Source: Paramecium tetraurelia (Eukaryota). From it: 64,000 nt of DNA. Position numbers and translations under genes: made by a program. Shown here piece after piece: positions 13,747 to 26,617 of the stretch. Position 1 is the first letter of the stretch; each line of letters begins with the position of its first letter. The DNA lies in the NCBI GenBank assembly GCA_000165425.1, contig CT868043.1, forward strand, positions 124,001 through 188,000, read 5' to 3'. Under the pieces are notes generated by a model, which saw only the letters and a program-made list of their open reading frames with translations, searched no databases and was not told where the DNA came from.

Positions 13747-14146
13747 ATTACTAAAATTATGGTTATAACAATCATCTCATCAATTTTATCTTAATTGACT
13801 CTAGAATTACTTAAGATTAAGTAGGTAGCATATTTTATTATTTGAATCCTGTTCAATAATAAGATTGCTGTGAACTTACAAACATTTTTTAGTCTAAATT
13901 AATATCATCTATAAATGATATTGAGTGTGAACTCCCTAAATAATATGTTTAAATAGAAATATATATAATAAATTTAGAGGCCAATTTTAGAATTATGATT
14001 AGTACATTTTATCTTTTAATTTCTTAAAATAATTTCTATAAATGAAATTATCAAGCATCTTCACCTTCATTAATTCATATATAATTCTGTATATACATAA
14101 TTAGTCTATTCTATTTTAATCAATTATTTATATTATTATTTTATTA

Positions 14147-14563
14147 ATGCAATAACATTAATCACAACCAGCATTCAATCCTAAACATTTATTTACAATG
14201 AAAAAGTATTTCAATGGATATGTACAATAAAACAGATTTTTCCACAAAAAAACTGAAAACAAATCAGAAAATGGAAATGATGTTTTTAAAGAAATATAGT
14301 AACTCCCTCAAATTGTATAAAGAATTGATAGAAGAATCGAGAATGTGAATTATAAATATAAAAGTGCTCCCATGATAGAAAAGAAGAAACAGAACTCACG
14401 TAAATTCTCTTTTCCAGTACTCAAGTATTCTCCAAGTGAGAATAAAATGTAATTGCAGAAGATAAAAGATTTGATAGAATAACACACCTCAAGAGTAATT
14501 GTTAAAGATGACATGCTTAAACATATGGTTGGTTATAGCAAGATTTCACAGATGATTATTTGA
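14147..14563 (+). CDS. Hypothetical protein (138 aa)
   Basis: 417-nt ATG..TGA frame in the ciliate code; no recognised motif. Confidence 0.55.
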
Positions 14564-15115
14564 TTATGAATCATAGATACTCTTATCTACTGTTTTCTAT
14601 TTCTTTTTTCTTCCTCTTTCCTAAGATTCCTCCATACAAATATGATTGATGAGGATATTTCTGATTGGTACTCATAATTAGAAAAATTATAAAATTGTTG
14701 AAAAATAACCTACCTAATATGTGACTATGTATCTCTTAAATAGAAAGTCAATATATATGGACATTTATTATTCTAAAGTAATAATACCAAAAGGTTTAGG
14801 TTCTCTTATATATATATTAAATTAATAAAAATCATAATGTCTATATCAGAAAATAGAATTGATTAAAAATAATTAATAAAATGCAATAATATTATTATTA
14901 ATATTTCTATTTATAATTAATTCACAAATTTAGAGAGATCTGTAATTCCTTTATTAATATTGATAATAATTTAAAATATGATCAATCAATTCTTGATCAG
15001 ATCTATATTTACTTTAAAGTAATCTAAGCTATTAATTTCTAATATTTAATTAGACACAAGTAGATTTTGGAATCTGTTAAATATATTTTCTTTTATTAAA
15101 ATTATTACATATATA

Positions 15116-17758
15116 ATGTTTTCAGAAATAATACCTTCATTAATGGAATATTCTCAACATCTGGATCGTACGATTAAGGAATTGCAACAATAGATCTTGT
15201 AAATGGAAACAATTACTAATAAAACCAATTCACATAAAAGACCTCTTGAAATGAAATATATGTAACACAAATCCTCACTTCCATCTACTCTCCCTGAAAT
15301 TAATAATGATATTGACAAAATTCTTTAGACAGCTGAATAATTTTTATCCGATCCCAACAAGACATAAATCGAACCTAAAAAATAAGAAAAGCAAGATTTT
15401 GAATAACCAAAAAGAAAATTAGAATCCTTCAAATAGACAAGCAACAAAAAGTAAATTCTCTCTCGGAAAGTGAGTCAAAAAAAGTTATCGCCTTCCAAAG
15501 TTTCGATGCATAAAAGATCTGGATCGTTGTACAAATAGGAAGTGACCCCAAAAGTTACTTAAGTTTAACCCAAGTTTCCTGTGTAATAGAGAGATTCAAC
15601 AAAATCATTCAAGGATCAAAGCAGATTAATCAAGCAATCACCCACTAAATCAATTCATGAGAAAAATTCAATTCTTATTGAAGATCAGAGCAAAGCCAAA
15701 CCACCTATTCCTACAGTCCAGCCAGTTCGTAAATAGCCATCATAGCCTTATTTATAATTGCAACCCATTTCATAATAATAGCAATAACAATAAAATTTGA
15801 ATTCTTCATACTAATAATAATAAAATACTAGCAAGATGGAGAATAACTAACAATAGCAATAAAATGCATTAAAGAAATTCGATTTCAATGGGTACAAGGA
15901 ATTGAGCAGATTGAAACGAATGAAAGATGCCATTTTTGTTGAATATCAATAAAGTTACACATATTTCAGAGATAAGGAATAAAAGTCAAGAGCTCGATTC
16001 CTCACTAAATTCCATCAACATATGAATGAGAGAAAGAAATTGTTATAATAATCTGCTTATGGAGATAGACAAACCTTTTTCTTCCTTAGCGATCAAATCC
16101 ACCCATAATTCTTTTCATTCATAGAAGAACAATTAACCATTGGACAGCCAAAGACACTCCTAATCCTCAAATATTGCGAGTAAATCTAAAAAACTATTGA
16201 TTCAATTGAAGTAAGTCTCTATTCACTATTTTCAGTTTGATGACGAATTACTAAAGAATCTTAAACGAGCCAATAAATAAAATATTTCTAAGATATCCTT
16301 AACAGAATTAATTGAAGTCTTTAAATTATGGAGTCAAGTCTAAATCATTCGACAAAATTATCAATAACTCACATAATTTATATAGCCAATTCCAGAATTA
16401 ACATACGATTTGATTTAATGGATTTGTTTACGTCCTAAGAGTACCAAGAAAGACACAGTCTAAATGCAATTGAATCAAAAGATTATTCGTCATAATCAAT
16501 ATGCCTCAACTTAGGAGGAGGCTCTTGAAATTAACAAACTCATTATAAAAGAAGAGATCTTTCGATTTCTGTGGGATATCATCCAAAAATTAGTATTCTC
16601 ATAATAACAACTTGACACTTCAATGGGTCTATTCAAATCCATTCTCAAATTCCTTACTAAAAACAACTGTAGTATCTATGTGTATAAGAAATCAGATTTA
16701 TTTATTTGACATTAATATAAAATGCATAATTAATTACTAACTAATAGATCGAATATCAAATCTGATCGCATTTCCAAGATCTTATCAGCCTACACTGTTG
16801 AGAATGACAAGAATAACTAGTAGAGTTTTAGAATGCTAAGTTAGAAAATCAAGAAGAAAGTACAAATTTGAGATATAAAAAGATAGGAAATCAAATTAGC
16901 GATCATCAAACTCTCTATCCCAAACCAGAAATCAAAGACACTAAAATCGAAATCTCTAAATATTTTAGCGATCACAAAACTACCCAAATCTAAATCAGTG
17001 TTAAAGACTTACTCATGCATAAAAGTTAGATGAAAAAGTCTTAATCCAAAAAATCCAGAGATTCTAATCAGCGCTAAAATGAAATCATAGACAAATTGAA
17101 TAAGACATAAAATGAAATCTATAAGAATTACATAGCCAAAAGAGATACTAATGGATCAAAAACCTATAGAGACTCAAGTAATTTCAGTCTCTCTACTTAG
17201 GGGATTTGGATATCCGTATCAAGTTGAATGACAAAAGTACTTAATCTCAACAAGCCTTACTCCAAACATTAATCAATAAGAGCAACGAAAAAAAATCAGT
17301 TGAACCAAGAGATTCCCCAGATTAATGTCGTACCCCACAACATAATATGCTTCAATCTACAATCCAAAATAGCCTACTCATACGCTCAGGAAGCCAAGGA
17401 AACGTTGCTTGTACCTCGAAAATAACCTCTAAAATGCAAGACCCAAAACTAAATAAAATAAGGAACTATCTTGAATAAGCTAAAACTCATCGACCTATAA
17501 CTGATTCCTATAAATTGAGTTAAGAAATTGATAAGGTCAAAAAAAATAAGTTGGTCTCAGTTGAAAGAGAAAAGCTATTATAAATCTTGAAAATAGCACA
17601 TCGAGCTAAATCTAAAATAGATCAATTTAATGCTTATCTAAAATAATAAGAAAAAATTTCATCTGGAATTTAGAGCTTTATATTGAATGAATGTATCTAT
17701 TCTATTTATTTTAGTATCATCTGAAAATAGTATTGAATCAATCTTATCTTTAGAATGA
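15116..17758 (+). CDS. Large hypothetical protein (S/Q/K-rich disordered ends, helical core)
   Basis: Long open frame with small introns (~16211-16235, ~16680, ~17694-17714); no family recognised; 3' end approximate. Confidence 0.65.
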
Positions 17759-18074
17759 ATATTTTATATTTATTAAAAATCATAGATATAAATACTAAAT
17801 TTCTTCAAAATCTGCGAATCAAGAAAATCAAACTTAGCATTAAAATTAAACTATGATTCTGAAATTATTGGCAGCAAATCTTAAGAATATTTAATTTTAG
17901 TCTAATTTGGTAGTTAAAATTATATTTCATTTTCTACTTGCAAATCTCAATATTATAAATTTCTTTGTTATTCTTTATAGAAATTAATATATTTAGAATA
18001 TATAATGTCAATATGATCTGAGAATCTATATCATTAAGTCTTAATTTCAAAAATAAATATTAAAGAATTATTTA

Positions 18075-19049
18075 ATGTTATAATAAGATGATAAACCTAA
18101 ATTTACTTATCAAGTTCTATCTTCTCAAAAAACAAATATCTATGGTTTTTAATTAGCATTTATATGTGAAGAATCCAACTTATTTGGTTTTACTGAATAA
18201 GAAACCATTAGGATATAGGAATTTGATCTAAACTTCATGGATTAAAAATATAAGCAATACACTTACCTCTCCTATAAATTGGAGGGTCATACCAATCAAA
18301 TCTATATCTTAGAATATAATGCAAGACTTAAGCTAATAGTCTCTGCAAATCTAGATGAAATGATTTTGTGGCAAAAAGACATTGATAAACAATGGAAAAT
18401 TAAATAAAGAGTTATGATCTCAATTATTAATCGATTATTAGTTATAAGCGATAAATTAAACTAAATTATTTTTTGCCAGAGTAGAATTATCGAAGTCTTC
18501 TAAAACTAAGAAAAATAAAATATTTGTTTTTCTTAAACTTAACTAATATCCAATTAGGGAAATTAAATGAAATCTCTCAAACTAAATGAATAATAGGATT
18601 TATTGATTGTCTATAATTACAATTTTGAAATTGTTATTTTTAAAGTCCATCAATAGAAATGGTAAAAAGTACAGCGCCTAAGAAATATAAGAGATAGTAT
18701 TTTTGTTGGATTTAAATATCTATTTTATATTGAGAATTTACCAAAAAATCTAAATAATATATATTAAATATTTGGACTCAATACGGACAACTAATTATTC
18801 GAAAGAATTAATTAGGTTAAAATTTAGGAATAAGAATTGAATTAGGATGAGTCATCATTTTTTATACCTTATTAAACAACTGAATGTTGTAGAGTATATC
18901 ATTCATCTTCAAGGGGTGCTATCTCCTATAGAAGTAAAATATCGGGTTTTGAAAGAGTAATGGCAATATCATAAAATGGATTGTTTATTGTAAGACTTGA
19001 TTTTTAAACAAAAACAATAAAAATATTTATGAATAATTAAAATGAATGA
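18075..19049 (+). CDS. Divergent WD40-repeat protein
   Basis: 975-nt frame; LEGHTNQIYILEYNARLKLIVSANLDEMILWQ WD-like repeat. Confidence 0.6.
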
Positions 19050-19069
19050 ATTTATTTATTTTTATCTAT

Positions 19070-20520
19070 GTTCACATTATTAATTATTTATTTTTACCAA
19101 GTTGAATAATTATAATAATAAATATTTTATTAATGATTATATTACCAAATTTTGGTAAATTCCTCAAATATGTCTTCTAAACTACTATGCAAAACAAAAA
19201 AATTCATTAAAAGATATATTGGATTAAGATCCATATTCCTCAGACTATTAGCTATTAATCTATATAAAATTATTCTTCCCACGATTGTGAGTGGTTCTGC
19301 AATCAATTATGATATTATTTTATTCCCTAAAAATATTGGAGCAACTACATGTAATTCTAATTGAATTTTAATCTTAAAATAAAATAAACATACTTCCTTA
19401 ATGAAAAATAAATAGGGTAAAATTTTGGGTCATCATTAACATGATAATAAGAAATTGGCTAATCTATATTTTGCTTCAATATCTTATAAGCAATTCTCAA
19501 TATTAAAATGATCAGAGGGTTCAAAAAATGAACACATAAATGAAAGTTATATTAATATTTAAAAACTAGCATTAAAAAAATACTAAGGTCAATTATAAAC
19601 TGAATTATGATAGTATCTCTAAAATCCTATTACTAAGCGATAATAGAATATTGAAATGTTTTAATGTATTTACTAAAATAAAATTGAATTTTACTTTTAA
19701 TTTTCTTTGTACACATTCAAATTACCTTTAAGCAGAAGATTTTTTTTATTTATACTTCTGGTTGGCTTAGGTTACTTAGTGTAGTTACCAACCTCTCTTC
19801 TTATTTGCTTTAAGCTTCTTTAGTTAAAAAATGTAAGTGGCTATATAGAGTAATAACAAAGAACTTGTACCAAATATTAAATCCAAACAAGATTTAAATT
19901 TATTAATTAGTATTGTTTACATTCACTATGAAAATATGGCCAAAACTTATCAATTTCACAAGTTATATCAATAAAATTGTTATTTTGAATGTTACTTTAA
20001 TTATAAGAATAAGATATGTTAGAGTTAGTCTACAGTACACATAGAATTTGGTATTCTGATAAGATTTATGTAGGATTCTTACAAACTTGAAAGGTACCAA
20101 AGCTTGTGCTATAATAAGATGAAAAATTTTCACATGAGGAAAATCTATTAAGTAAGTTTTCATTTAGATATGGTAGTAATTTTCTGAGAATATTTGTAGG
20201 GTTTGGACATTAAATTCACTTTAGAGTTTATATTACAAATTTTAAAGGATTTGTTTGAAATTAAATAGATTGATATTAGATAAAATCTATCGAGTAATCT
20301 TCTTTAGTTGGTTCTGTATTAAACTATTGGTTGAATAATGATTTTATTCTTTTTTGTTCCAGCATAATCTCATTTCCTCTAAGAACTAAAGTTTTTCGTT
20401 TACTTTAACAATATTTTAAAAAGGTAAGAAAGTGTTTTAATTGTTGGCTAATTTGAGAGTTCAGATAGTTGAAAGCAAAGGAAATGATGAATCCATTGAG
20501 AAATAACAAGTAAACAAATG
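19070..20520 (-). pseudogene. Decayed host transmembrane-protein gene
   Basis: Long TAA-rich ciliate-type frame with Cys-containing and hydrophobic segments, interrupted by in-frame TGA (20216-20218) and frameshifts; boundaries approximate. Confidence 0.4.
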
Positions 20521-20769
20521 TTAGGAAATACAAAGAAGAGTTTTAAATCCAACAGCGATGACATGCAAGCTCATCTAACATACCAAGATGGCCGTATAGA
20601 AAATCTAGTAAGAAGCGACCTATCATTACAAAGTAAGTGCTTAAAACTATTAGAAGATGCACTAAGTAGATATAACCATGATCCAAAAAGATATTCTAAC
20701 ATTTTTTTAAGATGTATAAAGTTTTACCAGCAAATTAAAAAAATAAATATAAAACATTGTTTTTAATGA
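20518..20769 (+). pseudogene. Foreign-type gene fragment A (C-terminal part of the unknown tandem family)
   Basis: Reads through in the standard code with only CAA/CAG Gln codons and ends TAA-TGA; its last ~40 aa align without gaps to the C-terminus of the next ORF. Confidence 0.6.
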
Positions 20770-20842
20770 AAAATAAGATTAATTTATTCATTATGTTAAT
20801 AAATTATTATAAATACTAAATTTTTCTTTTAAGTGTTTAGCG

Positions 20843-21566
20843 ATGGATCAAGAGTCTCTTAACGCATCTTTTACAACGCAGGCAGAATAGATGGAAGACA
20901 ATAACCTTCTATATGAAAATTTCACTCGAATCTCTCCTTCGTTAAATGCTGCTTTTGCCTATTGTTTATCATATTATAGAATGTTTTCAAACAATCGCCA
21001 AATTGTTTTAGAAAAATGGATAGAAACAAAAGAAATAATGGATTTTGCAAATGTTTTTAGAAAATTAACTTTTATATATTTAGAATGCGTACATTTACTC
21101 TTTGACGCCCATAAATTTGTTAATACGGCAGCTTATGCTTGGTATGTTCATAATTTTTAGCACTCCCCTAATTATGTTAATTATGCTATTGAGCTGCCTA
21201 AAATTTAAGCATCAGATTCTAGAAGAGGAGGTTGATTGGTATATCGAAAATATCACAAAAGAAATAGAAAGGACTGCAAAAGAACACTGCCCTTCTTTTT
21301 TTCAACCTGTTGCAGAGCAAGCTCCACTTGAAGTCCGCCATACTCATGCTGTCATTAACCATTCATTAGAACAGTTAGAATCTATTGCAGCAAAAATTAC
21401 CCCTGCCAACGCCAAAGACTACACAAAAGAGACTGAACGCTATACATGGTGTTTAACAGGGATGGTCCCTTTACTCCCAGACCAAGAGCAAGACCCTTTT
21501 AAACAAAATGGCATTCATCAACGCTGGTAGAAAGCACGCAAAAAGATTCAACAGATCGTCCTTTGA
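20843..21566 (+). pseudogene. Foreign-type gene B (~240 aa, unknown family), one frameshift
   Basis: MDQESLNASF...KIQQIVL*; 13 CAA/CAG codons, 3 in-frame TAG, 0 TAA, 5 CGC Arg codons; frame shifts at the A-run 21200-21203. Confidence 0.7.
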
Positions 21567-21705
21567 TATTTTTTAGCACCCTATACTACCTATTTGTATT
21601 GTCAACAATTATGAAGAAGTAGTATTTTTTTTAAGTATTACATATATATTTTTATCGCTTTTCACATATTTTGCAAGAATAATCCCTTTTTGTTGATAAA
21701 ATTAG

Positions 21706-22103
21706 GATCAAAATATATCTCTTTAAGAGACAGGTCAATACCAATAAAAGAATTCCGAAGAAGAAAACAGTTGGAAAGATTTATCTGAAAGTCTTTCAAA
21801 ATTAGCACATAGTATGAAATTAAATTGTTTTTTCGACGAATCGATTATCAATAATTGTAAAAACCTGTTAACATTTCTAAAAACAGATCTTTTAGAAATT
21901 ATTAGATATTCTACAATAGAACAGAAGGGAACTTTAGCACCAATATATGGACAAGTAATATCTATTTTTTCATATTTTTTGTAAATTTGATAATTAAATC
22001 TCTGATAACTAAATAGGATTGTTTTTACTAAAAAAAACAAAAGCATTTTCATTATATTAATTATTTCTTTGAAACGATTCATCTATATCTGATGTATTTC
22101 TGA
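21706..22103 (+). pseudogene. Foreign-type gene fragment C (N-terminal part of the same family), start codon lost
   Basis: (x)DQNISLQ start echoes MDQESL of gene B; after a frameshift at ~21975-21980 it reads HYINYFFE, echoing NYVNYAIE of gene B. Confidence 0.45.
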
Positions 22104-22149
22104 CCTACACTCCAAGCTTATTGTACTCATTCATTTTAATTATTCAAAG

Positions 22150-25100
22150 AATTATAGATCTTTATAAACAGCAATCAAACTTTAAGTTCAATTCACTCAT
22201 AAGAACCTCAATTTATTAAAGGAGTATTTGACAAATCCGAAGAAATTCGAATAATCATTTGACTTCAACACCACAAATGTATGATATTCAAAATCATTTA
22301 TTGGAGTTTATGAAAATTAAAACAACTATAATTATAGATTATCAACTTTTATGTATGTATAGAATTCTTGTATTGCATCATAGAAAAATCATAGAAGATG
22401 GTTCTCATTCAACAGTTTATCTCTTGGTTGGATGTATAAAGCATTATGGGAAGAGCAAATAAATGGTCTTTAATTAAAATAAGAAAGGATTGCGTAATGC
22501 AAAAATTAGACTCTTGTTTTCGTGTGGCTATGATTATGAATAGAAATGGTAGATAGACAATAAAAAGAAAATAGATGCGTATTGAAGGGCATAGAAGAGG
22601 ATCTAGTCTTACATTTAAAATTACATTGTTAACATTAAAGCTATGTATCTTAATCAAAATAGCCATCCTTTCAGTTGCATTACTCAGATAGAGATTGAGA
22701 TATGAATTTACCTAAAATATACAACTTAAACATTATTCACTTAGGTTATAGAAGTATAAAATTTGATATGACATTCTATTACAATAAATCTTAAAATTTT
22801 ACTTTAACAAATCCTACCTTGATCTTAATAGAAACCAGTAATACAAGGACATTAAGAATTACTGATTAATCAATTCGTTTTGTATTTGTATCACAAGAAA
22901 CAAGTCCAACAGGATCTTTCAAAGTTATCGCAATTTTAATTCATTAGATTTTCATAATATCTAGCTATACAATCACAAGTATTCCCAGAATTGAATTATC
23001 TAAAATTATCAGTTGAATATCTTGAACGGTAATTGGAATTAGCACAAGTCGAAAAAGATGTATTACATAATTTACTCTGTTTATCAACACTTGATTCATA
23101 CATTCCATCAATACAAATACAGTCATTATTCTTCACAATTCGAAATTAACCACAAGATGGACATTTGTCAATAGACTAATTACAAGTTTATAACTTGAAG
23201 AACATTACTCACAGACTCTATTAATTTTAAGATAACTCAATGATTATTCACATGTTTTAGTTTTGAGTTGAGCTCCCTAAGTTCATTAGCATTACATTAA
23301 GTACGATTATTTTATTAGATTTGCATGTAAGACAATTTGAATTGCATTTAGAACAAATTTTTAAACCAATTTCATTATAGCCCTATTAACATTTACAATT
23401 GGTTTCTATTTTTTGTTTATGGATATGATAAGTATTAATACAATAATCCAACAAAACTTAGACACTACACATCACATTTTTAGCAAGATATTGAATGACC
23501 ATCATCGTAATAACCAAATAAACATTTACAAGTATTACTATAAAAGACTCTATTTTAATTACTCATAGCAACACATGAAATGCAGGAATTAGAAGCTCCC
23601 TAGTTACAACTTAAACATGAATAGTGGTATTTTGACAATTTTCAATCCCATTATCATAATATCCAATATCACAATCACAAGATAAGTTTTGATCATTATA
23701 AATTATATTTGACTCACATAAACGTAGTTCACATTTGGTATTAAATTTGCTACATCTAAGACATGAGTAATGGCATTCTAAAATTATAGAAATTACTAAT
23801 ACCTTAACAAACTTCATTTTATCCATCATCATAATATCTTCAAATGCATTAGCATCTATTAAAACTTGATATAAATGATCTAAAACTATTACAACTAATG
23901 AAGAAAACCTTTATTTGTAATATGTTTTAATTGTTTGATTTATTAATAACAAAACATCTGTATCCAAACAAGAAATACAGCTTTCAGGTAGCCTATTGCG
24001 TTCATTAAAATTTGTAACTGCATTCTATTGATTAAAGTCTAATAATACTCTAACAAAAAGGTAATTTTGCATCAAAATTTACTATTTTACAAATAAAAGC
24101 ATTTCCTACTTAGTATCTAATATCAGAATCTATAAATGTAGGCAATTTCCTTCATCAATTCCTCCGTATGTTCGACAAGAAAGATGACATTCTAATGATG
24201 ATTTTTATTATATACTTTCACATTTAACCAACCATTATAATGAAATTTACTTATTGCAGCTCCATCAAATTTAGCAATACATCTACAATATCTACATGTT
24301 TTATCATAAATTAATAATAATCTATATTTCCAACTAATTATATGTCACTGTTGCATGAAGTACAATTATCAAAACTATTAATAAATTCATAACAGAATAT
24401 GCACTATAAACTAGATTTTGCATCTAAAATTACTTGTGCATTCCTAAACTTCCATTTCAAAATAATGTGGTTTACATATGCATTCATTTTCTTTAGTTCT
24501 CTATTTGCAATAAAATCACATGAGACACAATTATTATCATCCTAACCATAACAATTTTGCATTTGAAATGACATTCTATTATTAAAATATAGATTACTTA
24601 AAGAAGTTTTTCATTTACTTTGTCAAAGTATTCACCTGGACAATAACAACCCATGATTGGACCAAGAATGCGAAAGGAATTTAATAGACAACTTAAAAAA
24701 TTTTCTGCATAAGTTCGAAAAGTTTAATATTTATATGAACATTCTAATAGATCATGAATAATAAATAGTTACTTTTACACTAATCAACTCCTAGTTCGTC
24801 CTAATATCCATCCATGCATTTACATGTATTGCCTTTTTACCGCCTAAAATGAAGATCTAAAGAACAAACTACACAATATTAACAAGAATAGTGGAATTCG
24901 ACGGATATTGATAATAATTACTTGCACATTCTAATTATCCAATATCATAATACCCAATTGTACAAACATAATAAGATAATAACTATTGTCTATAGGTTGA
25001 ATCAAATGTTAGGCAATTAGATGAATAAGGACCATAGTAAGTTTAAAAAGTGCAATCGCATTATTGAGAATTCAATGCCCATCATCAAATAGTTTAAGGA

Positions 25101-25500
25101 TGAACATACGCATTCAAATTAAGTAGCTAATCGATCAATTGGTTACCTACTTTCAGTGAATTGTAAGCATGTATCTTTTCAATGCTGTTTGAATAATGGT
25201 ATCCTATTAATTAGATTTTATTTATTATTACTTAATTACTATATCATCTGTTTAATCATCAAATATGAGGTTTTACATAAGCATTCTCCTTAAGATGTCA
25301 AGTATCTATGAGACCTTTCCAAACAAAATGTACAATGATGGGGTCCAAAATCATTCCAGACCCAACATGTATATTCAAACACTCTATATTTAATTTATAG
25401 TAAGATACATATGCATATTTTTGAAGTGATAAATTAAATATATCCTATTTTAAATTGGAGTAAAAACAATTCGCCAAAAAATAGAATAAATTCGTTATTC
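22150..25500 (-). pseudogene. Degenerate furin-like/EGF cysteine-rich repeat protein
   Basis: Repeats such as ECHYSCLRC...CDCDIGYYDNGIENC with tiny introns at repeat junctions; many Cys lost and frames broken; boundaries approximate. Confidence 0.6.
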
Positions 25501-26617
25501 ATAAATTATTGTTTATTTTATTAGCATCAAATGATGAACACTTATTATAAATGATTCTACTTTCTAAATGAATAAATGACAAAGCTATGCTACCTGTCTT
25601 AAAATAGTTTGAAGTATTATTTATCTATAAATATATCAAATAACTCTATATGTATAATATATTAATTAAATATTAAATTTATATATGGAAAAACTAAATT
25701 GTCACTTATCCTAATTATTTAACTTTTGATTTAATTTGAAAGCTTTAATAAACCTTATTGAATTTTACTTTAAATACCAATGAAGCTCTAGGGTATTATT
25801 ACTTGAATCCCGATATTAGAATATAGAAAACCTAAATATTAAAATTATTTCTTTGAATAAATATAATAATAAATTTTATTATTTTTTTTTTATTATATTT
25901 TTTAATTCTAAACTAATAAGCACAATGAAAAATGCCTGAAATGATATGCTGGGGTCATCCATAACAAGAACAAAAATGGCCTAATATGCAACAATTTTTT
26001 TAATATATATCTTTTAAAGAATTTGTAAAAAATTCTCACTGTAAAATGATTAATAAATTCGGAATTACAAAAACAAAAATTAATGAATAGAATTAAATTA
26101 CTTGAAAATTTAATTCAAGAATCATTAAGTAAATTAGAACCTTTTAAATTGTACCCACCATGAGCTGACCATTCATCTCTTTAAGGAATTCCTGCTCCCT
26201 ATTGTCATCTAGAAGGGCATAAATATTGAGTAATTATTGCTGCAATTTGTAACTCTCTAGTAAATTATTATTATTTTATCAATAACTCTAGTTCTTAGAA
26301 ACACATTAATGTTGATGCATCTCAGGAATTGATAGATATATAATTCTGGATATAAATTTCAATAGACTGTAAATTTAGAACAGTTATTGTAATTTATTAT
26401 AAAAATTATATATTATTAATTTATGCTGATATAAAAATTTAATTGACGCTATTATGACAAAATTAAATCAAGTTTTATTCTTAATCTCTGTCAATTTCTA
26501 TCAAAATTTCTATATTCAAGAATAAATTGAATTTAAAGAGACAACAGCCGAAACAATTTATAAAAATTAAAACTAAATAGTAAATAAATAGATATAAAGT
26601 AATAATTATAATATTAT

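Noticed and set aside
20216..20218. In-frame TGA as selenocysteine or readthrough
   Set aside because: The same gene has other frameshifts and stops and no redox motif; pseudogene decay is simpler
20466..20842. Long TGA-free frame running into the gene B ATG under the ciliate code
   Set aside because: It crosses an AT-rich spacer, and the overlapping frame is the one with paralog similarity; TGA-free stretches arise easily with a single stop codon
21735..22082. 115-aa minus-strand ORF from the track
   Set aside because: Antisense shadow of plus-strand fragment C, which is the frame resembling gene B
20518..22103. Transposon or retained IES as the explanation for the foreign block
   Set aside because: No transposase or RT motif, terminal inverted repeats or target duplication could be identified by eye; IES status cannot be judged without MIC/MAC comparison
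25940..26460. Coding-like patch on the minus strand
   Set aside because: All frames are interrupted by TGA and show no recognisable motif
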